DNA of 64,000 nucleotides from Gammaproteobacteria bacterium (GTDB lineage: Bacteria; Pseudomonadota; Gammaproteobacteria; Eutrophobiales; Eutrophobiaceae), in assembly GCA_965238225.1 (NCBI GenBank), contig OZ250183.1, forward strand, positions 1-64,000, read 5' to 3'. This document shows, piece by piece, positions 22,144 through 31,229 of this stretch. The stretch's first letter is position 1; each line of letters starts with the position of its first letter. A model generated the notes under the pieces. It did not search any database. It was not told the DNA's origin and saw nothing but the letters and a program-made list of their open reading frames with translations. The translations under genes were made by a program, and so were the position numbers.

Positions 22144-23880
22144 TTGAAGCAAGAATTACAAAAACTCCTCATGGAGGCTATTTCAATCGTTCAAGAAAAG
22201 ATGGATATTTCATTCTCTATCATTGATGAGATACAAATAGAAAGAACTCGTAATAAATCGCATGGTGATTACGCCTGCAATATCGCCATGGTACTTGCCA
22301 AACAAGCGAAGACAAACCCCAAGCAATTGGCTGCTTTATTACTTGAAAATCTACCTGAATCGGAAATTATCGAACGTATCGAAATTGCCAAACTAGGATT
22401 CATTAATTTTTTCCTCAAACAGCAGTCTCGTCTCAATATCATTACTAACATCCTGCAAACAGCTGAAACCTATGGTCATTCAGAGTTTGGGTCTGGGAAA
22501 TCGATATTGCTTGAATTCGTTTCGGTCAACCCCACAGGGCCTTTACATGTGGGTCACGGACGTGGGGCTGCTTATGGTGCTGCAGTTTCTGATTTACTTA
22601 AAGCTATTGGTTATAAGGTAGATAAAGAGTATTACGTCAACGATGCCGGACGGCAAATGGATATCCTGACTATCAGTATCTGGCTCCGCTATCTTGAGCG
22701 ATGTGGAATAAAAATTGATTTTCCTGAAAATGCTTACCAAGGAAATTACATTCGCGACATCGCAGATAAACTCTTTAGCGTCAAACAACTATCTTTCATG
22801 TCTGACATGAGCATTGAAAAAACACATGATGATTCAGAAATATACATAGACCAATTAATTGCCTTTGCTAAAACGACACTTGCTGATGAAAATTATCAAA
22901 GCATCCTAGATTTTGGCTTAAATGAAATACTTAGTGAGATACGTGAAGATCTGGCTGATTTTGGCGTTGCCTTTGACCGTTGGTTCTCTGAGCGTTCATT
23001 GTCAAATAACAATCAAGTACAAAAATATATTAATAAACTCAAGGACAGTGCTTTTGTTTATAAAGAAAAAGGTGCGCTTTGGTTTCGCTCAACCGAATTT
23101 GGGGACGAAAAAAATCGAGTGATCGTCCGTGAAAATGGACAAGCAACTTATTTTGCATCAGATATTGCTTATCACATGGAAAAATTCTCACGAGGCTATG
23201 ACAAGGTCATTAATATCTGGGGCGCAGATCATCATGGATATATTGCCAGAATAAAGGCAGCACTTTCTGCGCTTAATAAAAATCCTGATGCCCTTAAGAT
23301 ATTATTGGTTCAATTTGCAACGCTATATCGGGACGCTAAAAAATTACCTATGTCTACCCGGGCAGGACAGTTCGTTACTTTAAAAGAATTACGCGATGAA
23401 ATAGGAAATGATGCCACGCGGTTTTTCTATATCATGCGCAGAAGTGATCAACATCTTGAATTTGATTTGGATCTGGCAAAATCAAAGTCCAATAAAAATC
23501 CTGTTTATTATATCCAGTATGCACACGCTAGGATATGCAGCGTACTAAGACAAATAAAGGAAAAAGGACTCACGTATGATGCCGAGGCAGGACAAAAAAG
23601 CCTGCATACCCTAACCGAAGAAGCCGAAGAGAAATTAATCACGACCTTATCCCGTTATCCGGAAATTATACATTCTGCCGCGACAGAATATGAGCCTCAT
23701 CAAGTTGCTTATTACTTAATAGATCTAGCAAACGAGTTCCACAGTTACTATAACTCATGTCAATTTATTGTTGATTCTGATGATTTAAGAAATGCACGTC
23801 TTAATCTTATCAGTGCCAGCAAGCAGGTTATCTACAACGGACTTGGGATACTGGGTGTATCTACGCCAGAAAAAATGTAA
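22144..23880 (+). CDS. argS: arginine--tRNA ligase
   Basis: HGDYACN, NPTGPLHVGH (HIGH), WGADHHGY, MSTR, YYIQYAHAR. Confidence 0.97.
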   Translation: MKQELQKLLMEAISIVQEKMDISFSIIDEIQIERTRNKSHGDYACNIAMVLAKQAKTNPKQLAALLLENLPESEIIERIEIAKLGFINFFLKQQSRLNIITNILQTAETYGHSEFGSGKSILLEFVSVNPTGPLHVGHGRGAAYGAAVSDLLKAIGYKVDKEYYVNDAGRQMDILTISIWLRYLERCGIKIDFPENAYQGNYIRDIADKLFSVKQLSFMSDMSIEKTHDDSEIYIDQLIAFAKTTLADENYQSILDFGLNEILSEIREDLADFGVAFDRWFSERSLSNNNQVQKYINKLKDSAFVYKEKGALWFRSTEFGDEKNRVIVRENGQATYFASDIAYHMEKFSRGYDKVINIWGADHHGYIARIKAALSALNKNPDALKILLVQFATLYRDAKKLPMSTRAGQFVTLKELRDEIGNDATRFFYIMRRSDQHLEFDLDLAKSKSNKNPVYYIQYAHARICSVLRQIKEKGLTYDAEAGQKSLHTLTEEAEEKLITTLSRYPEIIHSAATEYEPHQVAYYLIDLANEFHSYYNSCQFIVDSDDLRNARLNLISASKQVIYNGLGILGVSTPEKM

Positions 23881-23882
23881 CC

Positions 23883-24452
23883 ATGCCTAAAGATTATAAA
23901 AATATCGGTCAAGATAAAAAAATCAGGTCTGATAACGGCAATAAACTAAAATATTTCTTTGCTGGTCTGGCGGTCGGGCTGTGTGTTGCGATTGCTGTCT
24001 ATTTCTATCCGCATAAACTAGAACAGCCAACAGGAACAATGCAACCTGAAATTATCATAAAAAATCCTGAACCAGCTTTAAATATACCCAACAACATTCC
24101 CTCACCCTCGTTTGATTTCTATGAAATCCTCCCCAATGTAGAAGTTAACGTATCTGAGTGGGAGACCGAAGAAAACAAAGATATTGGGAAACAAGCTAAA
24201 TCAGACAATGAGAAAACTGAAGTCTACATCTTGCAAATTGGTTCTTTCAAACAATATGATGCCGCCAATAAAGTAAAGACAAAACTTACATCCATGAGTA
24301 TCTCTGCTGAGATACAACGTGTCGTCATTAACGGTAAAGATATAAGATACCGAGTAAGGGTCGGCCCTTACGTTGAATCAGACAAACTCTCAATGATGCG
24401 CCAACAGCTTGCTAAGAATAATCTTGATTATTTACTTTTGCGGCTTAAGTAG
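23883..24452 (+). CDS. SPOR-domain cell division protein (FtsN-like)
   Basis: N-terminal TM helix, FDFYEILP, LQIGSF, YRVRVGP; typical position after argS. Confidence 0.85.
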   Translation: MPKDYKNIGQDKKIRSDNGNKLKYFFAGLAVGLCVAIAVYFYPHKLEQPTGTMQPEIIIKNPEPALNIPNNIPSPSFDFYEILPNVEVNVSEWETEENKDIGKQAKSDNEKTEVYILQIGSFKQYDAANKVKTKLTSMSISAEIQRVVINGKDIRYRVRVGPYVESDKLSMMRQQLAKNNLDYLLLRLK

Positions 24453-24721
24453 TAAATAAACGGTTAAAATTAAACCGCCTGCCTAAGTGTAAATCGAAAA
24501 TATCAGTATCTGCAATTAAAATGATAGACACCCTCCATACTCGCAGGAGCTCTAGGTATCGGACTGAGTTCTTATGAATATCTAATGGTGAATACCATCA
24601 AATCTCACTAGATTGACGGATGCAGCCTAAGCATCTGACCGGCTGAGTAGATTACTTTCTACCTGATTGCTTATCATATACCATATACGAAAATAACGTC
24701 AATGAGACTAGGAGTAAGGGA

Positions 24722-25996
24722 TTGCCTGCAAACCATAGTGAAATCTCATCCTTCATCTGGAATGTCTGTGACGATGTTCTTCGTGGACTCTTCAAACCCC
24801 ACGAATACGGTGATATCATTCTTCCTTTCACCGTCTTGAGAAGATTGGATTGTGTATTGGAAAAACACAAAGACACCGTGATTGATCTCTACAAGGAGTA
24901 TCAACCCAAGGTGGAAGATCCCACACCCATCATCCTCAATGAGATTCACACCACCTTCTTCAACCACTCCAAATATGATCTCAACCGACTAAGACAAGAT
25001 CCATCCAATGTTCAGATGAACTTCCAGAACTATCTTGGAGGATACAGTGAAAATGTGGTGAAGGTCATAGAAAATTTCCAGTTGGAGAGACCTGTTGAGA
25101 AGTTGAATAAAAGTAATCGACTTTTCCAGTTTGTTGAAAAGTTTAGTGAGATTGATCTACACCCGAATCGTGTTTCCAACCACCAGATGGGACAGATTTT
25201 TGAGGAACTGTTGAGGAAGTTCTCTGAGATGTCCAATGAAACCAGTGGAGAACACTACACCCCTCGTGATGTGGTTCGTCTATTGGTTTCAATGGTCTTC
25301 TCTGAGGATGAAGATGATTTACAAGGACAAGGAAAGGTCAGGAGTATTTTTGATCCTTGTTGTGGAACTGGTGGAATGTTGACCATTGGTAAAGAATGGG
25401 TTCGAGACAACATCAATAACAAAGTAGACTTTCGTTTATTGGGACAGGAACTCAATCCACAAACCTTCTCAATCTGTAAGTCAGATATGATGATTACAGG
25501 AGAGAACCCTGAGAATATTAAACAAGGTTCTTCACTTTCAGAAGATCGATTTCAGGGGGAACGGTTTGACTATATGGTGACCAATCCACCGTTTGGGGTG
25601 AGTTGGAAATCTGAAAAAGATTTTGTTCAGAATGAGAGTGAGAACCCACAAGGACGATTTTCAGTTGGGACTCCAAGAACTCCAGACGGTTCTCTGTTAT
25701 TCCTTCAACATATGATCTCCAAGATGGAGGACAAGGGTAGTCGAATTGGGATTGTCTTCAATGGTTCTCCTCTTTTTACAGGGGATAGTGGAAGTGGTGA
25801 ATCAGAGATTCGGAAATGGATCATAGAGAATGACTGGTTGGAGTGTATTGTCTCCCTACCTGATCGGTTGTTTTTCAACACAGGGATCTCTACATACATC
25901 TGGATCGTCTCCAACAAAAAATCAGGTAAACGACAAGGAAAGGTTCAACTGATTGATGGTTCTTCGTTCTTCAAACTTATTGAAGAAAATCATTAG
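24722..25996 (+). CDS. hsdM: type I R-M methyltransferase subunit, N-terminal part (frameshifted)
   Basis: ILPFTVLRRLD, GEHYTPR, DPCCGTGGML (motif I), NPPF (motif IV), LFFNTGI. Confidence 0.92.
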   Translation: MPANHSEISSFIWNVCDDVLRGLFKPHEYGDIILPFTVLRRLDCVLEKHKDTVIDLYKEYQPKVEDPTPIILNEIHTTFFNHSKYDLNRLRQDPSNVQMNFQNYLGGYSENVVKVIENFQLERPVEKLNKSNRLFQFVEKFSEIDLHPNRVSNHQMGQIFEELLRKFSEMSNETSGEHYTPRDVVRLLVSMVFSEDEDDLQGQGKVRSIFDPCCGTGGMLTIGKEWVRDNINNKVDFRLLGQELNPQTFSICKSDMMITGENPENIKQGSSLSEDRFQGERFDYMVTNPPFGVSWKSEKDFVQNESENPQGRFSVGTPRTPDGSLLFLQHMISKMEDKGSRIGIVFNGSPLFTGDSGSGESEIRKWIIENDWLECIVSLPDRLFFNTGISTYIWIVSNKKSGKRQGKVQLIDGSSFFKLIEENH

Positions 25997-26735
25997 GAAA
26001 CAAGAGGAAAAGAGATCTCTGATGAGGGTCGAGAATAAGATTGTTCAACATTACCTGAACTTTGAGGAGGATGAATTCTGTAAGATTTACCCTAATGAGT
26101 TTTTTGGATACACCAAGGTCACCATTGAACAACCCAAGGTTGAAAATGGAAAGGTCGTAACCGACAGACAAGGGAATCCCAAACCAGACACCAAGAAAAG
26201 AGACTATGAACGAATTCCTCTCAGTGAGGATATTGAGGAGTACTTTCAAAGAGAGGTAAAACCACATCTTCCTGACCTGCCCGCCCCATTGCCTAATTCG
26301 GATGAATATTGTACCTATGTTCTTAAATGCAGTGATGGCTCTTTTTATAAAGGGCAAACGAAGGATATACATAGAAGACTAGAAGAACATCACAAAGGAC
26401 ACGTAAGCTGGACATCTCAAAATTTACCTATAAAACTGATCCATTGGGAAGTTTTTGATACTAGGGAAAAGGCGGTTAAACGAGAACACTACTTAAAGAC
26501 AGGCAAAGGAAGAGAATGGCTTAAAAAACACTATGAAGAAGGCAAGCTGAAATCAATGGAACGGTGGCAGGCGGGTTCTTGGATGGATAGATCCAAGGAT
26601 AAAGTGGGATATGAGATCAACTTCACCAAGTATTTTTATCAGTATAAACCTCTTAGATCACTAGAAGAGATCAGTCAGGATCTCTTGAGATTGGATAAAG
26701 AGACAGAAGGGTTGATGAAGGAGATATTGGTATGA
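25953..26735 (+). CDS. hsdM: type I R-M methyltransferase C-terminal part carrying an in-frame GIY-YIG insertion
   Basis: FGYTKVTIEQP, YFQREVKPHLPD...SWMDRSKDKVGYEINFTKYFY are HsdM C-terminal motifs, interrupted by 100 aa. Confidence 0.85.
   Translation: MMVLRSSNLLKKIIRKQEEKRSLMRVENKIVQHYLNFEEDEFCKIYPNEFFGYTKVTIEQPKVENGKVVTDRQGNPKPDTKKRDYERIPLSEDIEEYFQREVKPHLPDLPAPLPNSDEYCTYVLKCSDGSFYKGQTKDIHRRLEEHHKGHVSWTSQNLPIKLIHWEVFDTREKAVKREHYLKTGKGREWLKKHYEEGKLKSMERWQAGSWMDRSKDKVGYEINFTKYFYQYKPLRSLEEISQDLLRLDKETEGLMKEILV
26276..26575 (+). mobile_element. 300-bp in-frame insertion encoding a GIY-YIG nuclease domain, bounded by imperfect inverted repeats
   Basis: TYVLKCSDGSFYKGQT..RRLEEH..G..P..L..E.F..R..A..RE..LK.GKGR; ends CCTGCCCGCC / GGCAGGCGGG; 14 GpC inside versus none in about 1.5 kb on each side. 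Confidence 0.8.
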
Positions 26736-26752
26736 ATCCCTATCCTTCATAC

Positions 26753-27461
26753 AAAGACAGTGGGGTTGAGTGGGTTGGGGAGATTCCGAGTGGGTGGAAG
26801 ATAAATCGACTTGGAATGATGGGTGTTTATTCATCAAGTGGGATTGACAAAGAAAACAATAGAAGAGAACCATTGTAAATATGGTGAACTATATGGATGT
26901 TTATGGAAATGGTTTACATTTATTAGATAGTTCAAGGAATTATATGACAGTTAGTTGTCCTTCAACAAAGGTTTTAGAACATCAAATAAAAAAAGGTGAC
27001 TTATTGTTTCTTCCAAGTTCTGAAACCGAAGTTGATTTAGGGTTATCTTCATTGATAGATGAAGAACTACCCAACACGGTATTTTTTATCATTTGGTGAG
27101 ATACCAATTTACAGTGAAATATATAAATTCTTTTAGAAAGTTTCTTTTTAATAATTACATCGTTTCAAATGAGTTTTCTAGACAAGGGAAAGGTACTACA
27201 CGACACCATTATTGGTAGGAATGATTCAGAAATATAAATGTAGTAATTCCACCTCTCCAAGAACAACAACAAATCTCCAACTACCTTGACCACAAGACCC
27301 AACAGATTGACTCTCTGATTGAGAAGACCCAACAGAAGATTGAACTACTGAAAGAACAACGAACCTCTCTGATCAATCAGGTGGTCACCAAGGGACTCAA
27401 TCCTGATGTAAAGATGAAAGACAGTGGTGTTGAGTGGATTGGGGAGATTCCGAGTGGGTGG
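26753..27461 (+). repeat. 45-bp direct repeat pair preceding hsdS TRD1 and TRD2 (26753-26797, 27417-27461)
   Basis: AAAGACAGTGG(G/T)GTTGAGTGG(G/A)TTGGGGAGATTCCGAGTGGGTGG, 43/45 identical. Confidence 0.85.
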
Positions 27462-28078
27462 GTAGTACAAAAATAAATATTTAGTATCTTACCAAGTAAT
27501 GTCAAAAGACTCTATCCAGAAGAGGTACATTTGGTTCGTCTATGTAACTATCTGATGTCTACTATGAATTCATAAGGTGTTCGGATCTTAACTCAAAGAA
27601 ATGGAAGATTTCAACCAGACATGATATTTGATAAGTTGAGAAGTTCGAAACAATGAAGTTTGATGTATCACAAAGGATTCTGAATCCCAAGATGATATAG
27701 GAAAGATACTATTGTAACTGAATGATTTGAAATTGATGTACGTATGTGGTTATCATCTAAACAAATGATGAATTGTATCCAAGAAATGTTGTGGGTGGTA
27801 TATCATTCTTCAGGTTTATTCAGTCAGTAGAAAAGGAAAGTAATTCAACAAAATTCAGATGTGATTTACTAAAGTTTGGACTTGGAAAACAGAATTGAAA
27901 ATATGTATTTCCCAGAACCAACCATCCAAGAACAACAACAAATCGTAGACTACCTCGACAAAGAAACCACCAAGATTGACTCCACCATTGAAAAGGAAAC
28001 CCAACGAATCGATCTCCTCAAAGAATACCGTCAGTCTCTGATCTCGGAAGTGGTAACTGGAAAGGTGGATGTCCGTGA

Positions 28079-28099
28079 CCTGCCTGTCGGCAGACAAGG
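28079..28099. repeat. 21-bp palindromic in-frame insertion (encodes LPVGRQG)
   Basis: CCTGCCTGTCGGCAGACAAGG imperfect hairpin; holds the only two GpC of hsdS; similar to the ends of the 300-bp insert. Confidence 0.75.
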
Positions 28100-28111
28100 T
28101 GAGGTGGTGGT

Positions 28112-31087
28112 ATGAGTCCAACCAACTACACAGAACAAGATTTTGAGGAACACATTGAGGAACAACTCACAAACAGTGAATACCACATTGTACCGCCCAC
28201 CAAATACGACAAAACCCTCTGTCTGATTCCCTCCAAACTGATCGAATTCATTAAAGAGACTCAATCCAAAATATTTGAGAAGCTAGAACTCCAATACGGT
28301 TTAGAAACAGAATCAAAACTGACCAAACGAATATCCTCCGAAATCGAATCTCGTGGGGTGATTGATGTACTTAGAAAGGGTGTCAAGGATAGAGGATGTA
28401 CTTTTCATCTGGTCTATTTCCAACCCAAATCAGGTTTGAACCCTGACCATCAAGAACTCTACAAGAAGAACAAACTGATCACGGTTAGACAGCTGAAGTA
28501 TTCCAAACACAATGAGAATTCTATTGATATGGGAATCTTCATCAATGGGATTCCTATTATGTTGTTGGAATTGAAGAACTCTCTCACTGGTCAGAATCAC
28601 AACGATGGAATCAAACAATGGAAGTTTGATCGTGACCCAAAGGAACCCCTTTTCAAATTCAAAAGGAATCTGGTCTATTTCTCAGTAGGAAATGAAAAAG
28701 TCTCAATGACCACCCGATTGAGTGGTTCCAAGACAAGGTTCCTCCCCTTCAACAAAGATATTGAGAATCCAGTCAACCCAAAAGGACACAAAACTCATTA
28801 TCTATGGGATGACATCCTACAACCCAACTTCGTATTAGATCTGATTGAGAACTTTGTCCATATCCGAACCGAAACCGATAAGGTTTACGATCCTCAGAAA
28901 AAAAAGGTTGTAGACAAAAAGAGTGAGGTGTTGATCTTCCCTCGTTTCCATCAACTCAATGTCATCCGAAAACTGAAAAGAGATGTGGTTCAGAAGGGAT
29001 CAGGACAAAACTATCTCATTCAACACACCACAGGTTCTGGTAAATCTCTCTCTATTGGTTGGTTGAGTCATCTTCTCTCTTCACTCTATCAATCACCAAC
29101 AGACACCAATCGAATCTTTAACTCTGTGATAGTGGTGACAGACAGAAGGGTTCTGGATAAACAGATCAGTAATACCATCAAACAACTGGAACAGACTAAG
29201 GGAGTGGTGAATCCAGTTGATGAAACAGCTCAACAGTTGAAGGAGTTACTTGAGTCTGGAAAGCCAATCATCATTACCACCATCCAAATGTTTCCTTTCA
29301 TTTCTGATCAAATTCCCAAAATGAAGAATAAGAAATTCGGAGTAATAATTGATGAGGTTCATTCTTCTCAAAGTGGTGAATCCTCCAAACACTTGAAGAG
29401 ATCTTTGTCAGACACTTCATTAGATGAATTTCAAGAAGGTGAAGGAAGTGGAGATCTGACAGAAGTAGATAAATTGATATTAGATGAGATCAAGTCAAGC
29501 GGGAAACAACCCAATATTTCATACTTTGGATTCAGTGGAACTCCTAAGAACAAGACCCTTGAGATCTTTGGTACTAAGACAGACAAGGGATTACAACCTT
29601 TCGATCTCTACTCAATGAAACAGAGTTTGTCTGAAGGGTTCACTCTGGATGTCCTCCAGAACTACACCACCTATAAACGATATTTCAAACTCAACAAGGT
29701 CATAGAGGAAGATCACGAACTTCCGAAGAGTCGTGTGAAGTCAATGTTGATGAGATGGGTAGACTTACATCCACATTCTATTAGAGAAAAATCCAAGATA
29801 ATCTTGGAACACTTCATCAACCATACTCAAAACAAGATTAGTGGAAAGAGTCGTGGGATGTTGGTGACTCGTTCAAGACTTCATTGTGTGAAGTACAAAT
29901 TGGAGTTTGATAAACAGATGAAGGAGAGGGGACTTCCTTTTCGTTCACTGGTAGGGTTTTCTGGGAAGGTATATGACGAAGATAGTCATCAGGAATATAC
30001 AGAGTCTTCAATGAATGGATTCCCAGAGGGTCAAACAGAAGAAAACTTAAAAGACCCCAAGTTCAGAATCCTGATTGTAAACAACAAATTCCAGACAGGG
30101 TTTGATGAACCGATGTTACACACAATGTATGTAGACAAGAAGATGGGTGGATTACAGTGTGTTCAGACCCTCTCAAGACTGAACAGAACAATGTCAGGAA
30201 AGACCGATACCTTCGTATTGGATTTTGTGAATGACCCTGATGAAGTTGGTGAGTCCTTCCAACCTTACTTCAAAGGTTCTGTTTTAACAGAAGAGACTGA
30301 CCCCAACCGACTCTATCAGATTGAACAGGAGATAAAACAGTACAACTTGTTCCAAGAAGAAACCGTCAACCTCTATGTGGATACCTTCTACCGTGAAGAT
30401 ATTCCGATGGAGGAATTACAAGGGATTCTGGATACCGTTGTTGAGGGGTGGAATGAACTGGAAGAAGAACAGGAGAACTTCCGCAGTCATATACAGAGTT
30501 TCATTAGACTCTATGGATATATTTCACAGATCATCACATTCAAAGACATCGGATTAGAGAAACTCTACATCTTCCTTCGTGGACTCAACAAGAAACTTCC
30601 AAGAAGACCTCCCACAGATCAACCTGAAATCCTTTCAACCGTTGACTTGGAATACTTCAAGATTGAGAAGAAGTACTCCGCTAAGATTGAACTGGAAGAT
30701 GAAGAGGGTGAATTACAAGGAATAAGTGAGGATGGTGTATCTTACAATGATGATGAAGAACCCGTTGACCTACTCTCAGAGATCATCCAGAAACTCAATA
30801 ACGCATTTGATGGAGATTTCTCTGATGAAGATAGAGTGAGAATTGAGAAGATCAAAGAACAGATTGACAAGGATATAGAACTTAGAATGGTGATGGAGGG
30901 GGATAATACAGATTCCAACAAGAAGGATAAGTTCAACCGTACCTTTGAAAAATTTTTGACAGATTTGGTAGATGAAAATATTGACTTCTACAATAAACTA
31001 AAAGAACCAAAGAAAAACAGATTTATGAAGGATCGTATGTATGAATTGTATGCAAAATCAATCAATGAGATGAGACCGAGTATTTAG
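28112..31087 (+). CDS. hsdR: type I R-M restriction subunit
   Basis: Nuclease D..INGIP...ELK, Walker A QHTTGSGKS, DEVH, FSGTP, FQTGFDEP, QTLSRLNR. Confidence 0.93.
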   Translation: MSPTNYTEQDFEEHIEEQLTNSEYHIVPPTKYDKTLCLIPSKLIEFIKETQSKIFEKLELQYGLETESKLTKRISSEIESRGVIDVLRKGVKDRGCTFHLVYFQPKSGLNPDHQELYKKNKLITVRQLKYSKHNENSIDMGIFINGIPIMLLELKNSLTGQNHNDGIKQWKFDRDPKEPLFKFKRNLVYFSVGNEKVSMTTRLSGSKTRFLPFNKDIENPVNPKGHKTHYLWDDILQPNFVLDLIENFVHIRTETDKVYDPQKKKVVDKKSEVLIFPRFHQLNVIRKLKRDVVQKGSGQNYLIQHTTGSGKSLSIGWLSHLLSSLYQSPTDTNRIFNSVIVVTDRRVLDKQISNTIKQLEQTKGVVNPVDETAQQLKELLESGKPIIITTIQMFPFISDQIPKMKNKKFGVIIDEVHSSQSGESSKHLKRSLSDTSLDEFQEGEGSGDLTEVDKLILDEIKSSGKQPNISYFGFSGTPKNKTLEIFGTKTDKGLQPFDLYSMKQSLSEGFTLDVLQNYTTYKRYFKLNKVIEEDHELPKSRVKSMLMRWVDLHPHSIREKSKIILEHFINHTQNKISGKSRGMLVTRSRLHCVKYKLEFDKQMKERGLPFRSLVGFSGKVYDEDSHQEYTESSMNGFPEGQTEENLKDPKFRILIVNNKFQTGFDEPMLHTMYVDKKMGGLQCVQTLSRLNRTMSGKTDTFVLDFVNDPDEVGESFQPYFKGSVLTEETDPNRLYQIEQEIKQYNLFQEETVNLYVDTFYREDIPMEELQGILDTVVEGWNELEEEQENFRSHIQSFIRLYGYISQIITFKDIGLEKLYIFLRGLNKKLPRRPPTDQPEILSTVDLEYFKIEKKYSAKIELEDEEGELQGISEDGVSYNDDEEPVDLLSEIIQKLNNAFDGDFSDEDRVRIEKIKEQIDKDIELRMVMEGDNTDSNKKDKFNRTFEKFLTDLVDENIDFYNKLKEPKKNRFMKDRMYELYAKSINEMRPSI

Positions 31088-31229
31088 TTAGCCGATCAAT
31101 CCTCAATTCGGATGACCAATGGGAATATACAATCCAAACGATTCATCGAATGATATCGACCGACGGAATTTAGTGACAATCGATTTTGGAGTCGGTAGAC
31201 CGCAACCATTCCTCTGCCGGCAGTGGCTA

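Larger units (their letters stand above)
26732..28115 (+). pseudogene. hsdS: type I R-M specificity subunit with multiple frameshifts in both TRDs
   Basis: KDSGVEWVGEIPSGW and KDSGVEWIGEIPSGW, PPLQEQQQISNYLD, QVVTKGL, EYRQSLISEVVTGKVDVR; ATGA overlaps with hsdM and hsdR. Confidence 0.88.

Noticed and set aside
24475-24483. CCGCCTGCC, the reverse complement of the GIY-YIG insert right end, near the island's left side
   Set aside because: Only 9 bp, with no partner half, and it overlaps a small hairpin after the SPOR gene; it could be chance.
26276-26575. Intein or group I intron carrying a homing endonuclease
   Set aside because: There is no N-terminal Cys/Ser block or terminal His-Asn, and the 300 bp are almost entirely the nuclease domain, leaving no splicing domain or ribozyme core.
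24730-31087. Alternative genetic code or simple low GC as the cause of missing alanine
   Set aside because: Former Ala sites use many different codons (Ser, Gly, Cys, Thr, Val, Asn), non-Ala GpC contexts are also absent, and G and C are otherwise abundant.
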